Source: an uncultured Pseudomonadota bacterium (lineage in GTDB: Bacteria; Oederibacteriota; Muellerivitia; Muellerivitales; Muellerivitaceae). Taken from it: a stretch of DNA of 64,000 nt. Shown one piece after another: positions 35,299 through 44,809 of the stretch. The notes under the pieces were generated by a model. That model made no database searches. It saw only the letters and a list, made by a program, of their open reading frames with translations, and had not been told where the DNA came from. A program made the position numbers and the translations under genes. The stretch lies in assembly GCA_963770835.1 (NCBI GenBank), contig CAVYRH010000004.1, positions 644,764 through 708,763 of the forward strand. Reading direction: 5' to 3'. Position 1 is the stretch's first letter, and each line of letters begins with the position of its first letter.

Positions 35299-36576
35299 AT
35301 GACCCAGATCAGCGAAAACACGGTTCTTGACCCCCAAAAGTACTACCGCATGCCATGGTCCTTATCGGACAACGGCATTTTCTGGCTGGAAGTGACTTCC
35401 CAGTGCAACCTGACCTGCGAGGGCTGCTACCACGAGAACATCCTGGGCGGGCACAAGAGCCTGGCCGACATCGAGGAAGAGTTCAAGGTCATCAAGCGCT
35501 TGCGCAAGGTGGACAGCGTCTCCATCGCCGGGGGGGACCCGCTTCTCCACCCCCAGATCCTGGACATCGTGAAGATGGTCCGCCGGTACGGCTGGAAACC
35601 CATCATGAACACCAACGGCCTGGCCCTGACGCCGGAGCTGTTGAAAGACCTCAAGAAAGCGGGCGTGTTTGGCTTCACCTTCCATATAGATACCACCCAA
35701 AAGCGGAGGGATTCCCAGGCCGGCAACGAGCTGGAGCATATCGCCCTGCGCCAAAGCCTGGCCGAGTTGGTGGCCAAGGAGGGGGGCATGGTCTGCGGAT
35801 TCAACCAGACCGTCTCCGAACAAACATTGGACCAAATCCCCGCCATCGTGCGCTGGGCCGAGAAATACCCGGACCTCATCAACACCATGGTGTTTATCCT
35901 CTTCCGCACCCCCGGCATGAGCGCCAATTACGACTTTTACGCCTTCGGCAAGAAAGTGAATTTATATGAGACCTATATCAAGACCTCCTGGGGCGGGGAG
36001 AAGAACCTCAAGGCGGGCGACATCGTGGCCAAGATCCGGGAGGCGGACCCACAATACGAGCCCGCGGGCTACTTGAGCGGGACGATCGAGGCGGGCGAAA
36101 TGAAGTGGACGCTGGCCACGCGCATCGCCAGTGGAAGCAAGACCTTCGGCTACACCAGCCCCAAGTTCATGGAATTCGTCCAAAATTTCCACCACCGTTT
36201 CTACGGAACCTGGCTGAGCTACGCCTCGAAGGCCCTGCAGGGCGCCGGGCGGTCCACCCTGCTGTTCCTGGGATGGGGGGACAAGCAGATGCGCAAGGCC
36301 TTGTTCCGGTTCCTGTTTTCTCCCTTATCCTGGCTCAAGCGGGTTCACCTGCAGAATTTCGCCATCATCCAGCCTGTGGACCTCTTGGCCGACGGCCGCA
36401 TGAGCATGTGCGACGGCTGCCCCGACATCACCGTGCACGAGGGCAAGCTTTACTGGAGCTGCCGCCTGGAGGAAATCAAGAAGTTTGGCACATTCGTGAC
36501 AGCCGTTCCCAAAGCCGGTGCGCAGGTAGAAAAGAAACAAGAGGCCAAGGCCATGGCCCATTCGGGGAAGGCGTGA
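35299..36576 (+). CDS. Radical SAM protein of unknown function
   Basis: LEVTSQCNLTCEGCY, IAGGDPLLHP, NTNG, C-terminal CDGCPD...CRLEE; ATG 35299 after GGAGGGAG. Confidence 0.85.
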   Translation: MTQISENTVLDPQKYYRMPWSLSDNGIFWLEVTSQCNLTCEGCYHENILGGHKSLADIEEEFKVIKRLRKVDSVSIAGGDPLLHPQILDIVKMVRRYGWKPIMNTNGLALTPELLKDLKKAGVFGFTFHIDTTQKRRDSQAGNELEHIALRQSLAELVAKEGGMVCGFNQTVSEQTLDQIPAIVRWAEKYPDLINTMVFILFRTPGMSANYDFYAFGKKVNLYETYIKTSWGGEKNLKAGDIVAKIREADPQYEPAGYLSGTIEAGEMKWTLATRIASGSKTFGYTSPKFMEFVQNFHHRFYGTWLSYASKALQGAGRSTLLFLGWGDKQMRKALFRFLFSPLSWLKRVHLQNFAIIQPVDLLADGRMSMCDGCPDITVHEGKLYWSCRLEEIKKFGTFVTAVPKAGAQVEKKQEAKAMAHSGKA

Positions 36577-36607
36577 AAAAGGCGCATTCCAGGAAGGGGG
36601 GTAACCA

Positions 36608-37273
36608 ATGCATTCAACGGCGACTCTTGCTTTAAAACACTACACCCGCGAACAAGAAATGGCCAACGGCATGACCGCCGGCACCGGCGCGGTGCTGGCC
36701 GCCGCCGGGACGGCCCTCTTGGTCACGATGGCCTGCCTTAAAGGCAACGCCTGGCACATCGTGAGCTTTAGCGTCTACGGCGGGACGCTTTGCCTGCTCC
36801 ATCTCATCTCCACCCTTTACCACAGCCTTCCGCTGTCGAAAGCCAAGCGGGTTTTCGAGGTTTTCGACCATTCCTCCATTTTTCTCCTCATTGCCGGAAC
36901 CTATACGCCTTTCATGCTGGTGACGCTGCATGGGGCCTGGGGCTGGTCCCTGTTCGGCGTTGTTTGGGGGCTGGGGGTCGCCGGCATTCTATACAAGATT
37001 TTTTTTACCGGGCGGCACCAGCTTTTTTCCACAGCCCTCTATATAGGATTGGGTTGGATGGCGGTGGTGGCCTTCAAGCCCCTGTTGGCGGCCCTGCCGG
37101 TGGGCGGCGTTGTTTTGCTCGTGTTGGGCGGGGTCAGCTATAGCTTCGGGACTTTTTTTTACCACGCGAAAAAGCCTTATTACAGCCACGCTATTTGGCA
37201 CGTGTTCGTGCTGGCGGGAAGCCTTTTTCACTACTTCGCCATATTGATTTATGTGTTGCCCGAGAAGCCTTGA
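36608..37273 (+). CDS. Hemolysin III / PAQR family membrane protein
   Basis: EMANGMT, STLYHS, FDHSSIFLLIAGTYTPF, HAIWHVFVLAGSLFHY. Confidence 0.95.
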   Translation: MHSTATLALKHYTREQEMANGMTAGTGAVLAAAGTALLVTMACLKGNAWHIVSFSVYGGTLCLLHLISTLYHSLPLSKAKRVFEVFDHSSIFLLIAGTYTPFMLVTLHGAWGWSLFGVVWGLGVAGILYKIFFTGRHQLFSTALYIGLGWMAVVAFKPLLAALPVGGVVLLVLGGVSYSFGTFFYHAKKPYYSHAIWHVFVLAGSLFHYFAILIYVLPEKP

Positions 37274-37311
37274 GACAACTCCTCCTGTCCGTCTTTTAAG
37301 GTTTAGGCTTC

Positions 37312-37327
37312 TATGAGCCAGGTCATG
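37312..37327. promoter_or_regulatory. TATGA-N6-TCATA-like site
   Basis: TATGA GCCAGG TCATG; TAAGGT at 37350 (gap 22). Confidence 0.65.
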
Positions 37328-37595
37328 CTGACTCCACCCCCCCATGCCATAAGGTGGGGTGCGGTCAAGCATCGCCGGGGAAGATTTTTCCGGCTGCAGG
37401 GGCCCCGGGCTTTGCCCAGGGGCCTGCTTTTTACCCGGTCAGGGTTGCCACCCTGCCGCTGAAATGAAAGTCCGCTGAAGGTTCGCGGTGTTTGCCCGTT
37501 TCCTCCGGCCCATCCTTGAAGGGATTTGGGACGACTTTCCCGCCGAAGAAAATGCTTCCACCGTATCCGTGTCCATGATTTGAAAGGAAAGCTTC

Positions 37596-39224
37596 GTGCA
37601 AAATGCGCGCCTCCGTTGTTTGTTCGTTTATCCCCACTTTACATCCCAATCCTTCTGGAATTACCGGGCCACCTGCGAGGTGGTGGGCGCCAAGTACCCT
37701 GCCGCGCCCTTGGGGCTCATCACGGTGGCCGCCATGCTTCCCCCCGGCTGGGAGGTGAGGCTCGCCGATTTGAACGCCGAGGAATTGGATAGCCGGGACG
37801 TGGAATGGGCGGACATGGTTTTCCTGGGCGGCATGATCGCCCAACAGCCCGACCACCTGCACCTCATCGATTATTTCCGGTCCCTGGGAAAGACGGTGGT
37901 TGTCGGCGGCCCGGACGCCACTTCCAGCCCCCATCTTTACGACAAGGCGGATTACCTGGTGTTGGGCGAGGCGGAGATCACCATGTCCCAGTTCCTGGCC
38001 GATTATGAAAGGGGAACGGCCCGCCACCGTTACGACGCCGGGGAAGTGAAAGCCGCGATGGCCGACAGCCCCACGCCGCGGTTCGACCTTCTCAAATTCG
38101 AAAACTACCTCCATGTGGGCATCCAGTGGAACCGTGGCTGTCCCTTCATGTGCGAGTTCTGCGACATCATCGAACTGTTCGGCCGGGTTCCCCGCGGCAA
38201 AAGCGTCGAGCAGGTCCTCAATGAACTCCAGGCGCTTTACGACCTGGGGTACCGGGGCCACATCGACATCGTGGACGATAACTTTATCGGGAACAAAAAA
38301 GCGGTCAAGTTATTGCTGCCCCACCTCATCCAGTGGCTGAAGGACCACCGTTGGCCGTTTGAGTTCAGCACCGAAGCCTCCATGAACCTGGCCGACGACG
38401 AGGAGCTGATGGGGATGATGCAGGAAGCGGGGTTCAACTGGCTCTTCGTGGGCATCGAGAACCCCGACGAGGACACCCTGAAAGCCACCCAGAAGCGGCA
38501 GAACACCCACCGCTCCATCGCCGACAGCATCCACAAGATCATGAAGCACGGCATGATCGTGAACGCCGGCTACATCATGGGTTTCGACGGGGAAAAGGAG
38601 AATGTGGCCCAGTCCATCCTGGATAACATCGAGGCCACGGCCATCCCGGTCAACATGATCGGCCTTCTTTTCGCGCTGCCCAACACCCAGTTGACCCGGC
38701 GCCTGGAAAAGGAAGGGCGCCTGGACGCGAATTTCGAGGTCCCGCCGGACAAGACCGCCTGCCAGTGCGTGGCCGGGTTGAATTTCGCCACCATGCGTCC
38801 GCGGTTCAATATCCTCAAGGATTTCCGCCGCGTGGTCGAGGAAGCCTTCCGGCCCGAGAAATATTTCGGCAGGACCCTCCGGCTGGCCCTGATGCAGGAT
38901 TGCTCCCTCAAGCGGCTCAAGATTCCATTGAGGAACCAATTGCGGGATATCCGGTCCTTGTTCCGCCTGACCGGGCGGCTGGGGTTCAAGAAAAACATCC
39001 GCCTTCACTATTGGAAGGTCCTGCTAGTTTGCCTGTTCCGGAATCCCCGGGCGCTCCGTAACGCCGTGTCCTTGATCGCCCTCTACCTGCACTTCGAGAC
39101 TTTCCGGGACTTCGTGCTGGGTCGACTGGACGATGAGATGATCATATTAGAAAAAGAAGGGGATCCTCGCCGGTGGAAGCCAATTATTCAGGGATTTCCC
39201 GCGTTGGGGCCTCCCCCGATTTAA
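37596..39224 (+). CDS. B12-binding class B radical SAM protein (DUF4070 type)
   Basis: PLGLITVAAMLP, VVVGGPDAT, RGCPFMCEFCDI, VDDNFIGN, GIENPD, C-terminal DUF4070-like region; GTG start. Confidence 0.9.
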   Translation: MQNARLRCLFVYPHFTSQSFWNYRATCEVVGAKYPAAPLGLITVAAMLPPGWEVRLADLNAEELDSRDVEWADMVFLGGMIAQQPDHLHLIDYFRSLGKTVVVGGPDATSSPHLYDKADYLVLGEAEITMSQFLADYERGTARHRYDAGEVKAAMADSPTPRFDLLKFENYLHVGIQWNRGCPFMCEFCDIIELFGRVPRGKSVEQVLNELQALYDLGYRGHIDIVDDNFIGNKKAVKLLLPHLIQWLKDHRWPFEFSTEASMNLADDEELMGMMQEAGFNWLFVGIENPDEDTLKATQKRQNTHRSIADSIHKIMKHGMIVNAGYIMGFDGEKENVAQSILDNIEATAIPVNMIGLLFALPNTQLTRRLEKEGRLDANFEVPPDKTACQCVAGLNFATMRPRFNILKDFRRVVEEAFRPEKYFGRTLRLALMQDCSLKRLKIPLRNQLRDIRSLFRLTGRLGFKKNIRLHYWKVLLVCLFRNPRALRNAVSLIALYLHFETFRDFVLGRLDDEMIILEKEGDPRRWKPIIQGFPALGPPPI

Positions 39225-39266
39225 GAAGTCCACTTCAGACCGGTGGATTGACCAAGGAGAACCGGA

Positions 39267-39461
39267 ATGTCCAGTTGGTCTTGTCCTCATCAAACCGGCG
39301 ATTATTACTGCCAAAGGGTGAAAAGGGATTGCGAACCCGGCATGAAGGGCTGTGTCCTGCGCGGCAAGGTGCGGTTCGCTAAAGACGAGGACCTTTTTTC
39401 GGATGGCAAAAGAATGGAATCGGAAGTAAAAAACACCCGAAAAAGAAGCAAAGCTTCCTAA
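39267..39461 (+). CDS. 64-aa four-cysteine microprotein
   Basis: AAGGAG RBS; MSSWSCPHQTGDYYCQRVKRDCEPGMKGCVLRGKVRF; stop 1 nt before the next ATG. Confidence 0.7.
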   Translation: MSSWSCPHQTGDYYCQRVKRDCEPGMKGCVLRGKVRFAKDEDLFSDGKRMESEVKNTRKRSKAS

Positions 39462-39462
39462 A

Positions 39463-40179
39463 ATGTCGTTTGTGAAAAGCACCCAAAACCAAGAATATCA
39501 AAAACTCGCGGCTGCGGCGGTCTTCGCGGCGGCCATGGGCTTCCTCGAAAGCGCCGTGGTGGTCTACCTGCGGCGGTTGTATTACCCGGGCGGTTTCGCC
39601 TTTCCGTTGAACCCGCTCATGGACCCCAAGATCATGGCCGTTGAGGGCGCGAGGGAAATTTCGACCCTCATCATGCTCCTGGCCGTGGCTTATTTGGCCG
39701 GCGTCAACTGGAAGGACCGTTTCGCCTATTTCCTGCTGACTTTCGCGGTCTGGGACATCTTCTACTATATCGGGCTGAAAGCCGTATTGAATTGGCCGGA
39801 TTCCTTCCAAACCTTCGACATCCTGTTCCTGATTCCTTGGCCCTGGGTGAGCCCGGTACTGGCTCCCGTTATGGCGTCCCTGACGATGATCCTCCTCGCG
39901 CTCTGCCTCCTTAATTCCAAAAGCAATCCCAATTCCACCGAATGGACTTTATGGATCGCGGGCAGTTTTGTGATATTGGCGACGTTCCTCTCCGATTACG
40001 GGCGGCTGATCGCGGAAGGGCATTACCTCAAGGATTTTCTCAACCTGGCCGCCAACCCGGAATTCCAAAAGGCGCTTTCCAACCATGTACCGGGGAATTA
40101 CAACTGGATCTTGTTTATCGTTGGAGAAACCGTGATTTTGGCTGGCATTTACGTATTCCACCGAAGGACAAGAGAATAA
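39463..40179 (+). CDS. Conserved hypothetical membrane protein
   Basis: Six to seven TM helices; MGFLESAVVVYLR, EGAREISTLIML, WDIFYY, ILFLIPWPW. Confidence 0.75.
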   Translation: MSFVKSTQNQEYQKLAAAAVFAAAMGFLESAVVVYLRRLYYPGGFAFPLNPLMDPKIMAVEGAREISTLIMLLAVAYLAGVNWKDRFAYFLLTFAVWDIFYYIGLKAVLNWPDSFQTFDILFLIPWPWVSPVLAPVMASLTMILLALCLLNSKSNPNSTEWTLWIAGSFVILATFLSDYGRLIAEGHYLKDFLNLAANPEFQKALSNHVPGNYNWILFIVGETVILAGIYVFHRRTRE

Positions 40180-40393
40180 ACTTTTGTCGTTCAGCAAGTT
40201 TTTCACGCTCTTTCATTTCCTTTTTTAAAAATTCGAGTAATTGTCCGTTCATTCGAAAGCTTTTGTTTGTCTTGATGGTTGGGAATGGGCGGATGAATTC
40301 GTACTTGAAAAGGTTCCCTTCCTTTTATACGCTACCTTGGTTGCCTTCCCCCAGCCTGGGGGGTGGAGAACCCGTTTTTTTGAAAGGATTTTT

Positions 40394-41077
40394 ATGTTTG
40401 ATAACATGCCCGAGGCCATTTCCTCTTTCGCGCCGGACATCGACTATCTTCTTAAGTTAATCTATGTCTTGACCGGCATCTTTTTTGTCGGCCTGGAAGG
40501 CTATCTGGTCTACCTCGTTTTCAGGTACCGCTACAAAAAAGGGCAGGCGGCAAAATACGAGCATGGCAGCCGGGCGCAGATCCAATGGATACTGGCCTTC
40601 ACGCTGATCATCATTGTCCTGGATTTTTTCATCGACTACAAAGGAGCACATGTTTGGGCGACGGTGAAGGAGGAACTGCCCGCCTGCGATTTGACGGTCA
40701 AGGTCCAAGCCAAGCAGTTCGACTGGACCTTTTTCTACCCCGATAAGGACGGGACTTTCGGGCCCAACGCCATTTCCTCCTACCGGGAGTTCCACGTGCC
40801 CGTCGGGAAGAAGATCCACGTGATCCTGACCTCCCTGGACGTCATCCACGATTTTTTCCTGCCGGAAGTCCGCCTGAAGCAGGATGTGATGCCCCAGCGG
40901 TTCATCAATGAATGGTTCGACACCCAGAAGGTAGGGACTTACAACATCGTTTGCGATGAGCTGTGCGGTTACGGTCATACCCGCATGACGGCGGTGCTGC
41001 ACGTGGATGACCAGCAAACCTTCGACGATTGGTTGGCCGCGAAACAAAAAGAACAGCAGGGAGGGACAGCCCAATGA
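40394..41077 (+). CDS. coxB: Cytochrome c oxidase subunit II (CuA), no fused cytochrome c
   Basis: ATG 40394 after AAAGGA; QFDWTF, DVIHDF, CDELCGYGHTRM. Confidence 0.95.
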   Translation: MFDNMPEAISSFAPDIDYLLKLIYVLTGIFFVGLEGYLVYLVFRYRYKKGQAAKYEHGSRAQIQWILAFTLIIIVLDFFIDYKGAHVWATVKEELPACDLTVKVQAKQFDWTFFYPDKDGTFGPNAISSYREFHVPVGKKIHVILTSLDVIHDFFLPEVRLKQDVMPQRFINEWFDTQKVGTYNIVCDELCGYGHTRMTAVLHVDDQQTFDDWLAAKQKEQQGGTAQ

Positions 41078-42789
41078 GCCAGGAAGAGCACGCGCAAGGG
41101 GAACACGGATATGAGGAGCACGCACACGGGCACCAGCAAAGCTTCCTAAGCCATTACATTTTCTCGACGGACCATAAGATGATCGGGAAGCAGTTCCTCC
41201 TGCTTGCCGCCTTCATGGCCTGTTTCGGCGGGTTCATGGCCTATCTCATCCGCTGGGAAGTGGCTTTCCCCAACACCCCGGCCCCCTTCTTCGGGCTGGT
41301 GACCCCCGACAAGTTCAACGCCATCATCACCCTGCACGGGACCATCATGATCTTCTTCGTGGGAATGCCCTTCCTTTCGGCCTTTCCCTCCAATTTCCTG
41401 GTGCCGCTCATGCTGGGGGCGAGGGACATGGCTTTCCCCAAACTGAACATGGCTTCCTTCTGGCTGACCTTTACGGGAGCCGTCCTTATCATTTCTTCCA
41501 TATTTGTTCCCGGGGGCCCTGTGGCAGGCGGTTGGGTGGGTTATCCCCCCCTCTCGGCCAGTTCGGAATTCACCGGCGTCAAAGACGGGGCGATCCTCTG
41601 GATCCTGGCCCTCGCCTGCGCCTTGATCTCCTCCAGCATCGGGGGCTTGAACTACCTGGTGACGGCCGCCACCTTGAGGGCGCCGGGTATGACGGTAGAC
41701 CGGATTCCCATGACCGTCTGGTTCCTTTTGGCCTCGGCCATCACCTTTTTCTTCTCCGCAGGGCCCATCATCGCGGGCGCCTTCATGATGTTCATGGACA
41801 ACGCCTTCGGCACGGGTTTTTTCCTTCCGCAGAAGGGCGGGGAACCCATGCTGTGGGAGCACTTGTTCTGGTTTTTCGGGCACCCTGAGGTTTACGTGCT
41901 CTTTTTCCCGGCCCTGGGGTTTGGATTGGACATCATGGCCACCTTCACCCGGAAGCCCGTCTTCGGCTACAAGCTCATCCTTTGGTGCACGGGCATCGCG
42001 GTGGCCTTGAGCTACATCGTTTGGGCCCACCATATGTTCATGTCGGGGTTGAACCCTTTCCTGGCCACGCCTTTTTCCATCACCACGATCCTCATTTCAG
42101 TGCCTTTCGCCATCATCATCTTCTGCATGTTCGCGACCCTGCGGCACGGGTCCATCCGGCTGGAACTTCCCATGCTGTGGATTTTGGGCTTCCTGGCGAC
42201 ATTCCTCGTCGGCGGTTTGACGGGCATCTTTTTGGGTTCGGCCACGGCGGACATTTACCTCCATGGGACTTATTTCGTCATCGCCCATTTCCATTACACC
42301 CTTTTTCCCTCGGTGTTCTTCGGGGGGTTCGGGGCCGTTTATTACTGGTTCCCCAAGATCTACGGCCGCAAAATGAACGAAAAGCTGGGCTTCCTGCACC
42401 TGGCCCTGACTTTCATCTTTTTCAACGGGACTTTCTGGCCCTTATTCAGGGTCGGGATGGGAGGGATGATCCGCCGCATCGCGGACCCGTCCTTTTATCC
42501 CCAATACCACCAGTTCCAGGGCCTGAACGCCTTCTCAACCGTTTCCGCCATTTGCCTGATCATGAGCCAGGTGATTTTCCTTTGGAACATGGTCTTGAGC
42601 CTGGCCCATGGGCCGAAAGCCGAGAAAAACCCCTACCAATCCAACACCCTGGAATGGATAGCCGATTCACCCCCGCCCCACGGCAATTGGGGGGACACCC
42701 TGCCGGTGGTGACCTGTGGGCCCTATGAGTACAGCAAGCCCGGGGAAGCGGATGATTGGCACCCCCAGGCCACCAATCTTCCCGTTTAA
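41074..42789 (+). CDS. coxA: Cytochrome c oxidase subunit I, family A1
   Basis: TDHKMIG, TLHGTIM, WFFGHPEVY, WAHHM, AHFHY; ATG 41074. Confidence 0.97.
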   Translation: MSQEEHAQGEHGYEEHAHGHQQSFLSHYIFSTDHKMIGKQFLLLAAFMACFGGFMAYLIRWEVAFPNTPAPFFGLVTPDKFNAIITLHGTIMIFFVGMPFLSAFPSNFLVPLMLGARDMAFPKLNMASFWLTFTGAVLIISSIFVPGGPVAGGWVGYPPLSASSEFTGVKDGAILWILALACALISSSIGGLNYLVTAATLRAPGMTVDRIPMTVWFLLASAITFFFSAGPIIAGAFMMFMDNAFGTGFFLPQKGGEPMLWEHLFWFFGHPEVYVLFFPALGFGLDIMATFTRKPVFGYKLILWCTGIAVALSYIVWAHHMFMSGLNPFLATPFSITTILISVPFAIIIFCMFATLRHGSIRLELPMLWILGFLATFLVGGLTGIFLGSATADIYLHGTYFVIAHFHYTLFPSVFFGGFGAVYYWFPKIYGRKMNEKLGFLHLALTFIFFNGTFWPLFRVGMGGMIRRIADPSFYPQYHQFQGLNAFSTVSAICLIMSQVIFLWNMVLSLAHGPKAEKNPYQSNTLEWIADSPPPHGNWGDTLPVVTCGPYEYSKPGEADDWHPQATNLPV

Positions 42790-42798
42790 GGAGCCCTT

Positions 42799-43425
42799 AT
42801 GGAAAAGAACGCCGCTGTGCCGGTCGTTGGTTTTCAACCCGGTGACCAATTGCCCACGGGCAATTATTCCGGCCCTGTGGGGCTGACCCCCGGGCGCTTG
42901 GGCATCTGGGTCCTGATCGCTTCCGAAATCGTGCTCTTCGCGGGGCTGCTGGGTTCCTTCATCCTCATGCGGCTGATCAACCCTGCCTGGGCGGAAGAGG
43001 CCCGACATTTGAACCTTTACGCCGGGACGCTCAACTCGCTGGTCCTCATCACCAGCAATTTTTTCATGATGAAATCTTCCAAATCTGTCGCTGAGGAAAG
43101 AACGGACGATGCCAAGAAATTCATGGTGTTCACCATGGTTTTAGGAATTGTCTTTTTGGGGATAAAAGCTTTCGAGTATTCGGGCGAGTTCGCCCATGGG
43201 GAGTTCCCCACGAGCGGGGGGTTTTGGTCCTTTTATTTCTTAATGACGGGAATCCATGCGCTTCATATCATCGGAGGGCTCATCGCCATCCTCCTGCTGT
43301 GGTTTAAAACCCGGCACGAGCCCCTTCTTTCCTTGAGCAGCCGGGCCAATATTACGGGTATCTATTGGTCTTTCGTGGAAGTGGTCTGGATTTTCCTATT
43401 CCCCCTGCTTTATTTACTGGCTTAA
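42799..43425 (+). CDS. coxC: Cytochrome c oxidase subunit III (first copy)
   Basis: GIWVLIASEIVLF, NSLVLITS, FLGIKAFEY, TGIHALH, YWSFVEVVW. Confidence 0.9.
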   Translation: MEKNAAVPVVGFQPGDQLPTGNYSGPVGLTPGRLGIWVLIASEIVLFAGLLGSFILMRLINPAWAEEARHLNLYAGTLNSLVLITSNFFMMKSSKSVAEERTDDAKKFMVFTMVLGIVFLGIKAFEYSGEFAHGEFPTSGGFWSFYFLMTGIHALHIIGGLIAILLLWFKTRHEPLLSLSSRANITGIYWSFVEVVWIFLFPLLYLLA

Positions 43426-43435
43426 GGAGGCCGAC

Positions 43436-43732
43436 ATGAGTTCCAAGGCATCGACGAATCACGCCGCTATTTTTTCCAGTTTGTTGGTTCTTTCCCTCTG
43501 CGCGGTGGGGATCACCTTCCTGCACCTTTCGATCATGGCCAATAACCTCGCCATTTTCGGCGTGGCGGCGGTGATGGCGGGCTTGGTCCTGTTCCAATAC
43601 ATGAACCTTAAAGGGGAGGGGGGATTGATTTATTGGGTCCTCATCGTCCCCTTGGCGCTATTCGCCATCCTCCTATTTTTGCTCATGCCTGATGTTTGCC
43701 ATTTCTCCGTTGATTTCTTGCGGGGCCTTTGA
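43436..43732 (+). CDS. Cytochrome c oxidase subunit IV-like
   Basis: Three TM helices with FQYMNLKGEG (FMHLK-type motif). Confidence 0.75.
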   Translation: MSSKASTNHAAIFSSLLVLSLCAVGITFLHLSIMANNLAIFGVAAVMAGLVLFQYMNLKGEGGLIYWVLIVPLALFAILLFLLMPDVCHFSVDFLRGL

Positions 43733-43777
43733 TTTCCTTAGGGGATCAATCAGCTTTATTTTTAAAAGGCTGGTGAA

Positions 43778-44356
43778 ATGACGGTTACCACCATGGATTC
43801 CAACCAACGAAATTTGATTTCCGCCAAACTGGGGATTTTGCTTTTCATTACCGCCGAAGTCATGTTTTTCTCCGGCCTGATCAGCGCCTTTGTCGTGTTC
43901 CGCTTCAGCCCCGTTTCGTGGCCCCCGCCGGGCCAGCCCCGGCTTCCCCTTGGGGTCACAGCCTTTAATACCCTGGTGCTTCTCTTAAGCGGGGTGACCT
44001 TTCAACTGGCTTTCCGGGCCCTGAAATCCGTACGGTATCAGGCATTTAAAAAGCTCCTGACCTGGACGGGAGCCCTGGGGGCACTTTTTCTTTGCGTTCA
44101 AGGATTTGAGTGGATTCGATTACTTCATTATGGGTTGACCTTGCACTCCAGCATTTTTGGAGGGTTTTTCTATTGCCTCGTTGGGACCCATGGCCTTCAC
44201 GTCTTGGGGGGGCTTATCGCCTTGCTATGGGTCTTGAAGCGGGCATGGGCGGATGCTTATGATTCTACCCAGGCCCTCGGCGTGGAAATCTGCAGGATCT
44301 ACTGGTTTTTCGTCGTGGGTCTTTGGCCCATTATCTTCTTCCTGGTTTATTTATAA
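43778..44356 (+). CDS. Cytochrome c oxidase subunit III (second copy)
   Basis: GILLFITAEVMFF, NTLVLLLSG, FLCVQGFEW, GTHGLHV, YWFFVVGLW. Confidence 0.9.
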   Translation: MTVTTMDSNQRNLISAKLGILLFITAEVMFFSGLISAFVVFRFSPVSWPPPGQPRLPLGVTAFNTLVLLLSGVTFQLAFRALKSVRYQAFKKLLTWTGALGALFLCVQGFEWIRLLHYGLTLHSSIFGGFFYCLVGTHGLHVLGGLIALLWVLKRAWADAYDSTQALGVEICRIYWFFVVGLWPIIFFLVYL

Positions 44357-44596
44357 ATGGACGCCCTGATGACTAAAAAGAGTAATTTTTTTATTTTGAC
44401 TTTGATCCGCCGATGGATGCCCGTGGTTTTATGGGGCATGCCTTGGTTCGCACGAGCTTGTCCCCGATGCGTGGATGCAACCCCCTACCGTTCAGGCCTT
44501 CAACTGGCCGTTGCCGTCCTTCTTCCATTGCCTTTTGCCTTAGGATTTTTTCTATACCGGTTCCTTCGCCGCGCCTTGGCTTCGGAACCGAAATAA
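44357..44596 (+). CDS. Small membrane protein with ACPRC motif, oxidase-operon associated
   Basis: Directly abuts coxC copy 2; ARA|CPRC then one TM helix. Confidence 0.6.
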   Translation: MDALMTKKSNFFILTLIRRWMPVVLWGMPWFARACPRCVDATPYRSGLQLAVAVLLPLPFALGFFLYRFLRRALASEPK

Positions 44597-44809
44597 ACCT
44601 TCATATTTTTTGGTCCCCCCGGCTCATTTCCAGTAAACCCTTATTCCGCATGCCTTGGCAAATCCGCCGCGTTACAGGCCTTGTTTTTCCTCCCGAATAA
44701 AACCTAGCTTTAAAATTAGTTCATATTGGGCCTGATTTCACCCGAATCAACAAATTTTCACACCCGCGGTCCGGGGGTGGGAGGGCCCAAGATGAGGAGG
44801 GAGGAGGCC

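Noticed and set aside
37596-39224. Calling the B12 radical SAM gene hpnP
   Set aside because: The architecture is shared by many non-HpnP proteins and no hopanoid genes are in the window.
44710-44732. TCATATTGGGCC shared with the 45198 site
   Set aside because: Only a right half-site; left half (TTAAA) does not match and no -10 follows at the expected distance.
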